Source: an uncultured delta proteobacterium
Lineage (GTDB): Bacteria; Desulfobacterota; Desulfobacteria; Desulfobacterales; Desulfosalsimonadaceae
Length of the DNA: 64,000 bases
Direction: 5' to 3'
Assembly: GCA_963826785.1 (NCBI GenBank)
Contig: CAWGYD010000001.1
Location: 96,001-160,000 of the forward strand
The notes beneath the pieces are model-generated. The model was not told where the DNA came from and searched no databases. It saw only the letters and a list, made by a program, of their open reading frames with translations. A program made the position numbers and the translations under genes. Shown here piece after piece: positions 20,698 through 30,682 of this stretch. How positions within the stretch are numbered: position 1 is the first letter of the stretch; each line of letters begins with the position of its first letter.

Positions 20698-22227
20698 TTA
20701 TTCGCCCTGCGGGCCGGCAATGCGCCAGAGGCGGATCCGATCGCCGGAGGCGGCGGCCAGGATCTGCCCGTCGGGGCTGAGGGCCGCATCGGTCACCGAG
20801 GTTTCGGAGGTGCCGTCGAACGTTTTCACGACGGACTGGCCGGCGATGTCATAGAGGACCGCCTGCTGGTAGGAAATCATGATCAGCCGGTCGTTTTTGG
20901 GGGTGAATGCGGTGTAGAAAACCCGGTCCGGCGCGGCCCAGTTTTCCTTGGGGGTGCGCGCGGGGTCGATCTCTTTTTTTGATACGGACACGAACCGCGG
21001 CGCATACATGCTTTCCTTGTGCGGGTGGCGCGCCCCCCAGGCCAGCCATGCGCCGTCTCGGCTGTAGGCGATGGAATGGGGCATCCCCTTGTCCTGAAAC
21101 TTCATCAGGTTCTTTGTCGCGGGGTTGTAAAGCGCAATGCCTTTCTGGTAGGTGAAGGCAAAGGCGAACCCGTGGGGGTCTTTTCCCGTGGGATGAAAGG
21201 CGATGGTGTTGATCATGCCGAAGACCGGGTAAAAGGAATCGTCTCCCACGATCAGGCTGTCGATGCGTCCCGAATTGGGTTCCCAGATGATCAGTTCATT
21301 GGTGCTCCCGGATACCAGGATCTTCGCATCCGGGCTGAACTCGATGCAGTTGACCCGGTCCGTGTGTCCGGCCAGTTTCCGGATCTGTTTTCCGGTCTGC
21401 GTATTCCACAGGGTGATGAGCTTGTCGTTTCCGGCCGATGCGATGATCCGGCCGTCCGGTGAAAACGCGGCCGCCCGGACACGGTCGCCATGTGAAAGTT
21501 TGTGGACGATGCGCCAGTCCCGGGTATCCCATAGGAACAGGTGCCCGTCATAGCTTCCCGAGGCCAGCATGCGGCCGTCCGGGCTGAAGCACAAGGCGGT
21601 GACCAGCCCCGTGTGTCCGGACAGGTTTTCCGGCAGGGCTGTAGCGGAAACGGATGCGGTTGCGGGCGCAAGCGCACCGGATTCAGGTGCCGCCGGCGCC
21701 TGGGCCTGGGTCTGTGTTTTTGGCCGCACTTTCGGAATGATTTTGTCGGCCGGACGGATATCCATCCGGGACACATTCGCGATGGCTTTTTCGTTTAACA
21801 CTACTTTTAATACGGTATCGTTCTTCAGGTCGACAAAGTGATGGAAACTCTGGTAGCCGTCGTTTTCAACGAGGATTTCGTAGCGGTTGGGGGGAAGTTT
21901 GATGCCCGGGTAATACCGGGGGATGATGTTTAAGATCTTGACCGTGCTGAATCGGGGTTCCACCTGGATGGTCAGGCTGTATTTATCCGGCAAATCTGGA
22001 GCCTGCGTCGTTTCCACAGGTGCCGCGGAGCCGGGGGCGGTCTGTTCTGCCGGGGGGACGATTTTGGTGGTCATCCCCTGGGTGTGATCTTCTTCGTTTT
22101 TGAAGCGCTCCATTTCCATTTTTTGAAGGACCGTCCGGACGTCCGTTTCGATTCCCACCATGGTGCTCTGGCAGCCGTAGGCCAAAAGCGCAAGGATCCC
22201 CGCAAGAATGAATGCAAGCCGTTTCAT
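20698..22227 (-). CDS. WD40-repeat lipoprotein
   Basis: Signal peptide with lipobox LAYG-C; repeated GH..V....FSPDG..LAS.S.D..L.LW(D/N) units. Confidence 0.88.
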   Translation of the reverse strand: MKRLAFILAGILALLAYGCQSTMVGIETDVRTVLQKMEMERFKNEEDHTQGMTTKIVPPAEQTAPGSAAPVETTQAPDLPDKYSLTIQVEPRFSTVKILNIIPRYYPGIKLPPNRYEILVENDGYQSFHHFVDLKNDTVLKVVLNEKAIANVSRMDIRPADKIIPKVRPKTQTQAQAPAAPESGALAPATASVSATALPENLSGHTGLVTALCFSPDGRMLASGSYDGHLFLWDTRDWRIVHKLSHGDRVRAAAFSPDGRIIASAGNDKLITLWNTQTGKQIRKLAGHTDRVNCIEFSPDAKILVSGSTNELIIWEPNSGRIDSLIVGDDSFYPVFGMINTIAFHPTGKDPHGFAFAFTYQKGIALYNPATKNLMKFQDKGMPHSIAYSRDGAWLAWGARHPHKESMYAPRFVSVSKKEIDPARTPKENWAAPDRVFYTAFTPKNDRLIMISYQQAVLYDIAGQSVVKTFDGTSETSVTDAALSPDGQILAAASGDRIRLWRIAGPQGE

Positions 22228-22418
22228 GAAGCGCCAACTCCCTTTGATCATCAGCCAAGGTATAAAGAACGCGTCGGTATGGTTATTTCAATAGCATAAA
22301 ATGCGGGGATCGCAAAAGCGTAATTTGGTGATAAGAGATGAAATGTGGATTGGCGGGAAAAGCGCGTGTTCAACTGCGCGCCCATCCGGAGTCCGGCCCG
22401 GAATGGGCGCGGAGGTCT

Positions 22419-22955
22419 TCAGGTCTGCTCGAGTTCGTCGATGACCTTTTCATATTTTTCATGGATCATTTTCCGGTCGAATTCCCAGAAGTCCGACAGC
22501 ATGTCCGACTGCTCCTGATCGGAAAAATACGCCATGACCGCCGGAAAGAAGACCTTGTCCTCTTTCCGGATATGTTCGGGATAGAAACCGATAAGGGTTT
22601 TTAACTTGTCCAGAATCGTTTCGGCTGCGGACGGATCCTGTTTCAGCCAGGCGTTCTTGGCCGCCACCAGTTCCCCGGTGATTTTGCGGCCGAATGCATG
22701 CTCGGCGACGAGTTCGTCCATCAGCCTGCGATTTTCATCATCCAGGTCTTTTCGGCCCAGGTCGGCAAAAAGGATCTCCTCCTCCTTGCCGTGATGGGTC
22801 CGGTCCGCATACATGCGGATGAAATCCACCGCCGTGTCGATAAAGAGCGGATCGACGTTCCCGGTTTTTTCAATCGCCTTGATTTCCCGGGCGATCCGGG
22901 CGATCATCTTTTCGATCAGGCGGTGTTCGATCATCAGAGGGCCGCGTACCTGCAT
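22419..22955 (-). CDS. Hemerythrin HHE cation-binding domain protein
   Basis: LMIEHRLI, HHGKEEEILF, EHAFGR and HIRKEDKVFFP motifs. Confidence 0.9.
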   Translation of the reverse strand: MQVRGPLMIEHRLIEKMIARIAREIKAIEKTGNVDPLFIDTAVDFIRMYADRTHHGKEEEILFADLGRKDLDDENRRLMDELVAEHAFGRKITGELVAAKNAWLKQDPSAAETILDKLKTLIGFYPEHIRKEDKVFFPAVMAYFSDQEQSDMLSDFWEFDRKMIHEKYEKVIDELEQT

Positions 22956-22994
22956 AATAGGTCTCCTGTTGAGAATTGAAACGTGGGGCTGCGA

Positions 22995-23309
22995 TCAGTG
23001 AAGCCGGCTGCCGGCATCCTTGAACCGGTCGCCCACATGGTTTAAGGTCGCTTCCAGGTCGGTTTTCAGGCCTTTCCAGGCATTATCGCCGGTTTTGCGC
23101 AGGCCATCGAGTTTTTTGCGGACATCCGTATAGGCCTTCTGCATGCTTTGAATTTTTTGCTGATACTGCTCCTGCAGCTTTGCATCGGCCTTCTCTTCCT
23201 CGGCCTGCGCTTCCTTTGCCCGGGCTTCGGCCTTGGTTTTTTCGATCTCCTGGTCCCAGCTTTCAAGCTGCGCCTCAATCTTATTTTCAAATGCCTGTTT
23301 CAGTCCCAT
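22995..23309 (-). CDS. Small coiled-coil hypothetical protein
   Basis: Highly helical K/E/Q/A-rich sequence (KIEAQLESWDQEIEK..AWKGLK); RBS AAAGGAG before the ATG at 23309. Confidence 0.75.
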   Translation of the reverse strand: MGLKQAFENKIEAQLESWDQEIEKTKAEARAKEAQAEEEKADAKLQEQYQQKIQSMQKAYTDVRKKLDGLRKTGDNAWKGLKTDLEATLNHVGDRFKDAGSRLH

Positions 23310-23408
23310 AGAATTCTCCTTTCTGCGTGAACGTTTTGGTTTTGCGCCCGAAAGCGGGCGCCGCATGATCCGTTCATACAAAAATGATAATCATCAATTG
23401 ATGATTTG

Positions 23409-24247
23409 TCACACGGGCGATGCCGCCAAACGGCGGCGGCGGCGACGGGCCTGGCGGATCAATTCCCTGAACAGGCGGTGCTGAAGGTCGATCTGTGGCA
23501 TGTATTCCGGGTGCCACTGAATCCCCAGCATGAAGGGGTACCCCGGAATGCTCGATGGCCTGGATGACGCCATTTGATTCCACGGCCGAAATTTTGATCC
23601 CTTGGCCGGTTTCCTTGACCGACTGGAAGTGAAGGGCGTTTATCCGGCAGCGGGTGGTCCCAAGGATGCTCCCCAGCAGGCTGCCGGGTTTGATTTCGAC
23701 GGTTTTCCGGGGCAGAATCGTGTAGAGCTGGGGTGTTTCCACATAAAAGGAACTGATATCCTGGTAAAGGGTCCCCTTGAAGAAAATATTGATCAGCTGG
23801 GCCCCGCGGCAGATGCCTAAAACCGGCAGTTTCCGGGCGGCCGCCCGGGTGAGCAGGTCAAGCTCCATCGCATCCCGCGCCCGGTCCGGGCCGGAGATGC
23901 GCTTGGGGCTGATGAATTTGCGCAGGGCGAAGATCGAGCGGGGAGAACAGAAGCGTGAAGAATCGTTCGGTCTTGCCGGTCAGCCTGCGGATATGGGGGG
24001 TGACGTCCAGTGCGGGTTCGAAGTAGCGCCCCGGGTCGATGTCGGCGCCGCCGCCGAGGATCAGCCCATTCAGCCGCGGCTGGCCCCTCTTTCGCCCGGG
24101 TGTGATGCGGACCGGGCGGCCCCCGGAAAGCGTCACGGCAAGCCGGGTGAACAGCCAGGCGGCCATTCCGCCACGGTCCGGCCCGGTGACGCCGATGACC
24201 GGGCGGTGGTCGCTCAGGTAATCCAGTTTTTCACTTCGCGGATCCAT
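23409..24247 (-). CDS. Gamma-glutamyl-gamma-aminobutyrate hydrolase-like glutamine amidotransferase (peptidase C26), interrupted by two +1 frameshifts (about 23937 and 23545)
   Basis: RPVIGVTG and GLILGGGADIDP in frame 1; VLGICRGAQ and ALHFQ in frame 2; LGIQWHPE in frame 3, ending at the TGA at 23409. Confidence 0.85.
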
Positions 24248-25197
24248 GCGCCTTGATGTTTTCCATCCTCGAGGGCGAGAAAGGTTTCGCCCATGCGGTT
24301 TATTTTTTCCGGATCGGCGGCGAGTTTTTCGATTTCCACCCAGTATTGCCATTCCAGGGCCGGACTCCACGACGGCTCGTCGATCAGGGAGTTTGGCAGC
24401 CGGAAGTGGAATGCCGGCCGGGCCGAAACCAGGTCCGGGTGTTCCACCCGGCCGCGGATGTATGTTTCGTCGATGACGGCAAATATAGGAAGAAGGTCGA
24501 GCGCGCGGTTCCGGGTGGGGTTTGCCCCCACATAATCCGCCATCAGGGTGTTGATATCCGGCTGATAATCCGGATCGACCACTTTTGCTGAATATTCGGC
24601 GGGAAACGGATCGATAAACGGCGTGATTCTGCGGGCCAGATCGATGCCGGAAGTCTCCAGTATCCAGTCGTAGACCAGGAAAAACGCCTTCAGGTAAAAA
24701 GCAAGGGTCCGGGCGTCCAGAGAGGGGGTCTCCGGATTTACATGCAGGCCGAAGGCATAGATGATCGAAGACCGGGTCCCTTTTGCGCCGGCCGCCCGGA
24801 GTCTTTCGCAGAGCCGCTCCATGATGTCCATTTCGGTCATGGGGATGGGCGGGGTGACGATCTCGTAGGGGACCACAACGGAGGCGAGCCTGTTCATGAC
24901 CGTTTCCATCGATTGCCGCAGATTCAGGGCATCGAGGTCCACCCCGATCATTTTCAGGTAGCGGTCATATTTTTTCTCGAGAAGGATCGACGTGTCCAGC
25001 TCGATTTTGATATCCCCCCAGGGCGTATCCGACACCACCCGGTGAAACTCGCTGCGGGTACCGGGTTTTCCGCCGAAGACGTCCGCCACGATGGCGGCTG
25101 ATTGCTCGAGGTCCACGCCCGCATATTCGATTTCAAATCCGACTCCGCGGACCTGTCCCTTGTCGTTTTTCAAGCGGGGCGGCAGGGTGAAGGGCAT
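24214..25197 (-). CDS. Putative amidoligase (Amidoligase_2, COOH-NH2 ligase superfamily)
   Basis: VGFEIEYAG, PYEIVTPP, AFGLHVNPE, NPTRNRALD and RPAFHFRLPNS motifs. Confidence 0.88.
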   Translation of the reverse strand: MPFTLPPRLKNDKGQVRGVGFEIEYAGVDLEQSAAIVADVFGGKPGTRSEFHRVVSDTPWGDIKIELDTSILLEKKYDRYLKMIGVDLDALNLRQSMETVMNRLASVVVPYEIVTPPIPMTEMDIMERLCERLRAAGAKGTRSSIIYAFGLHVNPETPSLDARTLAFYLKAFFLVYDWILETSGIDLARRITPFIDPFPAEYSAKVVDPDYQPDINTLMADYVGANPTRNRALDLLPIFAVIDETYIRGRVEHPDLVSARPAFHFRLPNSLIDEPSWSPALEWQYWVEIEKLAADPEKINRMGETFLALEDGKHQGAWIREVKNWIT

Positions 25198-25216
25198 CAG
25201 GTAACCTTATTTACAA

Positions 25217-25963
25217 TCAGGGGATAGTGTCGATCCCGGCAAATTCGGGCTCGTGCAGCGGCAGCAGGATATCCGCGGTTTTCTTGATCTTCATCATCGT
25301 GTCATAGGCCTCGTAGACATTGACGTGGGTGCCGGGCGGGATCACCTCCATCTCCATGGCGCAAACCGCCGGCGGCGGATCAAAATTTTCCTTGATGACA
25401 CAGAACCCCGTGATGACCGCCTTTCCTTTTTCCGTGTCGATGATCACCGACAGGCCGCCGTCCGTATGAACCGGGGTGTGCATCACGGATATGCCGTCCA
25501 GTATCTGCCGGTCTTCGGTCACCACCTCGATCTGTCCGTTTTCCTCGATGTCTTCGATATAGTCTTCCAGGTACCTGAAATCCAGCGGGTGAACATGATG
25601 GATCCGGTCCAGTTCCTTCTGGTGGATGTAAAACCGGGCATTTGCGCATTTGTAGTCGTTTTCGCAATGATCGTTGTGCAGGTGGGTATGGATGACGATG
25701 TCCACGTCTTCGGGCGTCAGGTGATACCGGGCCAGCCCCTCCTCAAAGGTGTAGATTTTTCCGCCGATGGCCGCTTCCCGGTCGGCGGAGCGGATGGGAT
25801 TCATCTCACCGGTATCCACCAGGACGACCTTGTCCGGACCCTCGATATACCAGCAGTAAATGGGGATGGTAAACGGTTTTCCGTAATCGTGCTGATAGGT
25901 CATCATCCCCTTGTCAAAGATCTTGGTTCCCATGACGATGGGATGGATTTTCCAGTGGGTCAT
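25217..25963 (-). CDS. Metallo-beta-lactamase fold hydrolase (N-acyl-homoserine lactonase-like)
   Basis: LVDTG, HTHLHNDH (HxHxDH), HTPVHT and a C-terminal PLHE. Confidence 0.88.
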   Translation of the reverse strand: MTHWKIHPIVMGTKIFDKGMMTYQHDYGKPFTIPIYCWYIEGPDKVVLVDTGEMNPIRSADREAAIGGKIYTFEEGLARYHLTPEDVDIVIHTHLHNDHCENDYKCANARFYIHQKELDRIHHVHPLDFRYLEDYIEDIEENGQIEVVTEDRQILDGISVMHTPVHTDGGLSVIIDTEKGKAVITGFCVIKENFDPPPAVCAMEMEVIPPGTHVNVYEAYDTMMKIKKTADILLPLHEPEFAGIDTIP

Positions 25964-25972
25964 GAAATCACC

Positions 25973-26764
25973 TCATGAAATCTTGCGGAACTGGGCGATC
26001 TGCCGGCAAAGGGCCACGAGCCGGCCGTCCTCGTCCCAGAGTTCGCCGTTTTCCTCCAGCAGCCCGCAGCTGATATGCCGGGTCCTGAAAATACATTTGA
26101 GCCAGCGGGTCTTCGGGATATTGTGGATATCGACGCTCAGTTCCAGGGTGGGGACCCAGGCCACCAGTCCCTGGCTGGAAAATACCGGGGGCGGAAAGGC
26201 GTCGGCCATCAGCAGAATGGAAAAATGGTCGTGGGGCCGGTCGTCTGCAAACCGGATCCACCCCTTGTGCTCGGAAATTTTGGCCAGTTTTCCCTGCATC
26301 CACCCGGCGCAGGCCGGGTCCAGGCGTACATCCATGTGATCATAGAGGGTATAGCCCTGCATCAGGGGCGGAATCTGGACGCACTGGTCAAGGTCCGCCA
26401 TCTCCGGCGGCCCGCTCTCATGGCGCTCGATGAAGCATTCATCCGTCTGTACCGCAAATATGCCCGAGGCCCGGCATTTTTCCACCCCATCCTGGATCAG
26501 CTTCACCTGCAGCCGGTTGAACTGTTTGGATTCGGCCACGTTTTCCACGTACAGGCCGGCTTCCCCGGGAATGGTTTTGGCCAGAAAACTGACTGTGACA
26601 ACGGGCGTCTGCCGCTTTTCACTCTGAAGGGACATGGCTTTGGCCAGCAGCGCCGTGACATAGCCGCCGTTTGGGTTCCCATTAATGGACCAGTTATCAG
26701 CCACTTCCGCCGTAAAAGCGCTCTGGCCCTGACGGTCAAGCCGGATATCGTCGTCGAAAAGCAT
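25973..26764 (-). CDS. Acyl-CoA thioesterase family protein (double hotdog)
   Basis: WSINGNPNGGY, ADAFPP, WVPTLELSV and ELWDEDGRLVA motifs. Confidence 0.88.
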   Translation of the reverse strand: MLFDDDIRLDRQGQSAFTAEVADNWSINGNPNGGYVTALLAKAMSLQSEKRQTPVVTVSFLAKTIPGEAGLYVENVAESKQFNRLQVKLIQDGVEKCRASGIFAVQTDECFIERHESGPPEMADLDQCVQIPPLMQGYTLYDHMDVRLDPACAGWMQGKLAKISEHKGWIRFADDRPHDHFSILLMADAFPPPVFSSQGLVAWVPTLELSVDIHNIPKTRWLKCIFRTRHISCGLLEENGELWDEDGRLVALCRQIAQFRKIS

Positions 26765-26835
26765 TAATCAAACCCCCGTGTTCGGATAATCCGGCGATGC
26801 AGCCGGTGCGCCCTGGACGGGTTTTGAAGCCGCAT

Positions 26836-28290
26836 TTAGAATGTTCCCATTCCAGTGGCTTCCATCCACCGGTATAATAACATACGCAGCATGGAATGAT
26901 CCGCAAACGTTTCATAAGCGGTTGTAAAATGGCGGCCGGCCGCGTTGCTCCACAGCATGTCCGCGTATCGGCCCGCGTCGGAAAATATATCGGCGGTTGA
27001 TGATCCGAAAACGGCCACATCGGTTTCCAGGTTGTAGTCATCTAAATTTCGACGGGTGAAATTGGCCGATCCCAGGATCAGGGCGGCCTTGCCGCTGCGA
27101 TACTGGACCCGCAGCAGCTTGGCATGGGCCTGCTCCCCATGGGTGTCGCTGAAGCGGACGCGGATGCCGGCGTTTTTCAGTTCGGCGGCACTCTGGCGAT
27201 TGGGAATCCCGTTCTTGGCATAGCCGAAGGCGTCCCGGTTGGGGTCTAAGATGATCCGGATGTCGGCCCCGCGCTTGCGTGCGGATTTCAGGGCCGCGAT
27301 GATTTTTCTGTCCGAGAGGTAGAACATGACCAGGTCGATCCTGTCTCCGCCGCCGCAGGATGACAGGACTTCCAGGACGGCGCTTTTGATCTTTTTCTCG
27401 GTGAGCACCTGCATTTGAAGCCCGTTTGCAGGCGGGTGTTCCGAAAAGACGATATCAGGCGGCAGCCGCCCTCCGGAAAAGGCCAGCACCGCCTTTTCGG
27501 ATTCCAGCAGATCCATTACCGCCGGTCCTGAAAAATAGAGCCCCGCATTTCCGTGGGCGGAGCTGGCGTCATGGGGGTTGGCGGATGAGACCAGGGCCGC
27601 ATGTCCGCCGGGGGTATCGGCAATGATGAGCTTGCGGTGATTGGCCTTGAAGTTGAGCAGCTTCAAATAGCTTAGGACCGATACCCGGCCATTGCCGCCG
27701 AAGGGATTGGGGAGTTGTTCGCCGGGCCGGCTGCCGAAGGGGCGGACCAGGATGCGCCAGAGGGCCGAATAGACCGGGTTGGAATCCCTGAGCCGGTCGA
27801 GTTCGGTGAAGGTGAGCCAGATGCCGTTTTCAGAGAGGCGCTCCAGCGGGGAATGGGCCAGGCCGCCGTAGACGGTGTTTATGGGGTCGGTGATGACGAT
27901 GATCGTCATGTCCGGAAATTTTCGTTTTTGAGCGATCAGGGCGTCCGTCAACTCCTTGGAGACCGGCCGCAAGGCGCCGTCGGTTTCCCCGGAAAAGTCA
28001 TTGTACAGGAACATGTCCACCAGAATGAACCGGCGGGCGTTTCGGATCATCGAAAGGACCCGGTCGAAAATTTCCTGGGCCATGAAGCGGCTGCCGGCCG
28101 GGTCCGACCAGGTGAGATCCTTTAGAAGTTGAATTTCGGAGACCGGGCGGAGCGGTCCTTTATAGGAGATTCCCCGGGGCAGGGGCTTTAATACATGACA
28201 GGCGCCCACGCAGACGAGCAGGAGAAGGAGCAATCCGGCCAGCATCAGCAGGGGATGGCGGAAAAATATCAACAGGCGGTCCGGCAGCAT
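26836..28290 (-). CDS. Phospholipase D family protein
   Basis: N-terminal TM anchor; HRKLIIAD..SANPH and HAKLL..GSANFTRR..NLE HKD-type motifs. Confidence 0.88.
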   Translation of the reverse strand: MLPDRLLIFFRHPLLMLAGLLLLLLVCVGACHVLKPLPRGISYKGPLRPVSEIQLLKDLTWSDPAGSRFMAQEIFDRVLSMIRNARRFILVDMFLYNDFSGETDGALRPVSKELTDALIAQKRKFPDMTIIVITDPINTVYGGLAHSPLERLSENGIWLTFTELDRLRDSNPVYSALWRILVRPFGSRPGEQLPNPFGGNGRVSVLSYLKLLNFKANHRKLIIADTPGGHAALVSSANPHDASSAHGNAGLYFSGPAVMDLLESEKAVLAFSGGRLPPDIVFSEHPPANGLQMQVLTEKKIKSAVLEVLSSCGGGDRIDLVMFYLSDRKIIAALKSARKRGADIRIILDPNRDAFGYAKNGIPNRQSAAELKNAGIRVRFSDTHGEQAHAKLLRVQYRSGKAALILGSANFTRRNLDDYNLETDVAVFGSSTADIFSDAGRYADMLWSNAAGRHFTTAYETFADHSMLRMLLYRWMEATGMGTF

Positions 28291-28334
28291 AGTCCAACTG
28301 TATAGGGGACTTGCCGCCTTACCGCAATCATTTT

Positions 28335-29696
28335 CTATATTTTCTCATAGGGGGTAAACCCCTTGGGCCAGCCGCTTTTCAGGGCTTCGCGGGGTTTGTG
28401 AAAGGCAGACGTGTCGAAGATGAATTTCAGGAGATCATCCCGGATGTCGGGCTGGGCCAGGTAGGCGATTCCCACGGCATGCTCCGACATGCTCAGCCCC
28501 TTGGGGTCGAATGCGCCATGCTCGGTCACGATGATCACCGGATCGGCGGGGATGCCGGTGGTCGTGATGCCGGCCGGGCAGGAGTGGACGATCTTGGAAA
28601 CCCCGCTGCGGGTGGTGGATTTAAGGGCGATAATGGGCGCACCGCCTTCGGACAGGTAGGCTCCCCGGATGAAATCCGCCTGTCCCCCCACGCCGCTGTA
28701 AATGCTTCTGGCCTCCATGGAGTCGGCCCAGATGTTGGCGTGCAGGTCCACGCCGATGGCGCTGTTGATGGCGATCATCTTCGGCTGCCGGGCGATGTTG
28801 ATGATGTTGTTGGTATAATCCGACGGCCGGCTCTGGACGGCGCTGTTCACCCCCAGCCAGTCGTATCCCGCCTTGCTGCCGGACAGGAAGATGGAGGCGA
28901 TGGAGAAATTGCTCCGGGTGAAGGTAAAGCGGTTGGTGACGATGCGCTTCTCCACCAGTTTGCGCATGGCGTCGGCAAACAGTTCGGTATGGATGCCCAG
29001 GTCCTTGACTTTTTTTTCCAGGATGGCGTCGGTCACCGCCTCGGGAACCTCCCCGATGCCGTATTGCAGGGTGGCGCCGTCGGTGATGTATTTTTCCGCG
29101 ATGATCCGGGCGATGCGCCGGGCGCGGTGGTCCGGCTCGGGCACCGGGCTCAGGGGCAGGTCGTATTCGCAGTCATAAAGGTAGTCGATGTCGTCCTTGT
29201 GCAGAAAGGTCCCCAGAACAAATGGCATTTTGGCGTTGCGCTCCGCCAGCACCACCCCGCCGTTTTTCTTGACCGATTCGATGGCGCCCATCATCCCCTC
29301 AACCGTGCAGCCCAGGCTGAAATTGCCGCCGCTGTCCGGCCCGCTCACGGAAACCATGACCGCGTCCAGGGGGATATAGTCCCTGAACTGCCGGGGGATG
29401 TCCGACAGGTGCATAAGCTGGTACTTGGCCCATCCATTGTTGACCGCTTTTCGCGAGTGCGGTCCGTTGAAGATGATCCGGTGGGTGACCCGGCTGCAGG
29501 TTTCTTCTGAAAACAGATCTTCGATGTCGCCCAGCAGCAGCACGGAGAAAAGTTCGATGTGGCGGATGGCGGAGTCGTACGCCACCCGGTTGAGCAGCGC
29601 CTGGGGCGTGGCCGCATTGCCTGACACATAGATGCGTGATCCGGCGCTTAAAATATCCGGGTTGATCATCTCTTCCACATGCTGAACAATCTTCAT
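28335..29696 (-). CDS. Acetyl-CoA hydrolase/transferase family (4-hydroxybutyrate CoA-transferase-like)
   Basis: DGATLQYGIG, DLGIHTE, SGVGGQADFIRGA and IVTEHG motifs. Confidence 0.92.
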   Translation of the reverse strand: MKIVQHVEEMINPDILSAGSRIYVSGNAATPQALLNRVAYDSAIRHIELFSVLLLGDIEDLFSEETCSRVTHRIIFNGPHSRKAVNNGWAKYQLMHLSDIPRQFRDYIPLDAVMVSVSGPDSGGNFSLGCTVEGMMGAIESVKKNGGVVLAERNAKMPFVLGTFLHKDDIDYLYDCEYDLPLSPVPEPDHRARRIARIIAEKYITDGATLQYGIGEVPEAVTDAILEKKVKDLGIHTELFADAMRKLVEKRIVTNRFTFTRSNFSIASIFLSGSKAGYDWLGVNSAVQSRPSDYTNNIINIARQPKMIAINSAIGVDLHANIWADSMEARSIYSGVGGQADFIRGAYLSEGGAPIIALKSTTRSGVSKIVHSCPAGITTTGIPADPVIIVTEHGAFDPKGLSMSEHAVGIAYLAQPDIRDDLLKFIFDTSAFHKPREALKSGWPKGFTPYEKI

Positions 29697-29787
29697 GATC
29701 CCTCCGTAAAAAGCGCTTTTATTGCGGGAGAAACAAATGGGGGTCTCCCGATCCGCCCGGGCTTTTTTAAAAAATGTGGATATCAGG

Positions 29788-30579
29788 TCATCCGGCGGCG
29801 GGCGGGGGCTGACGGTCCGGGCAGAAATAGGTGCCGCGGCCGTTTACGGTGATCTTCTCGATCCGGCCGCTCCCCTTCGGGCAGTCGGCCCCGGATTTGC
29901 GCGCATGGATCAGCCATGAATCCGGGAACTGCCCGGGATCGGCTTTTCGGTCAATGGCTTCTTCGAGCACCCGTCCCATGACCCGGTGAAGGGTTTTGAA
30001 CTGGTCTTTAGAGAGTTCGCCGATGGGCATCTCCGGGTGAAGCTGAGCCTGAAACAGGACCTCGTCCGTGTAGATATTTCCCAATCCGGCGATGACGCGC
30101 TGGTCCATGAGCCGGGATTTGAGTTTTCCCCTTCCGGAGAGCCGCTCTTTGAATTTTTCGAGGGAAAGTCCCCGGGCGTCGGGCCCCAGGTTTTGATCAT
30201 CGATAAAGGTGCCGGGGCTTTTGATCAGAGAGGCAAAGCCCAGCATCCGCCTGGAAATATAGGCAAGGCTTCCCCGTTCAAGCCCGAAAAGAATCCGGGT
30301 GTAATCGGGCTCTTTTTCCGGGTCTTTGAAGTAGCGGATGTCCCCGGTCATGCCGAAATGCAAATGGAGCCAGAAATCGCCGTCTGTTTCCAGAAACAGA
30401 TGTTTTCCGTGTCGAAACGCCGAAACAAATCGGCGGCCGGAAAGGTTTTCGCAAAAGGCCTGCGTGCCGCCGCCCCGGATAATTTTTTCATTTTTGAGCC
30501 GGATGCCCTGGATCTGCTGGTGCAGGGAGGTGGCGTCGATATAGCGCTTGTAAATTTCCACATCGGGCAGTTCAGGCAT
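29788..30579 (-). CDS. Fpg/Nei family DNA glycosylase
   Basis: Catalytic N-terminus MPELPDVE, RHGKHL, HFGMTG and H2TH motif GLGNIYTDEVL; RBS AAAGG upstream. Confidence 0.92.
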   Translation of the reverse strand: MPELPDVEIYKRYIDATSLHQQIQGIRLKNEKIIRGGGTQAFCENLSGRRFVSAFRHGKHLFLETDGDFWLHLHFGMTGDIRYFKDPEKEPDYTRILFGLERGSLAYISRRMLGFASLIKSPGTFIDDQNLGPDARGLSLEKFKERLSGRGKLKSRLMDQRVIAGLGNIYTDEVLFQAQLHPEMPIGELSKDQFKTLHRVMGRVLEEAIDRKADPGQFPDSWLIHARKSGADCPKGSGRIEKITVNGRGTYFCPDRQPPPAAG

Positions 30580-30682
30580 CGTCCTTTCCTTTGAATACGA
30601 AAAATTCAAGCAATCGATTAATCGCTTCTTTTTTTTAAATTTCCAGATCAGGATAGAACGCAGGAAAAGGGGGCACCGGTAT

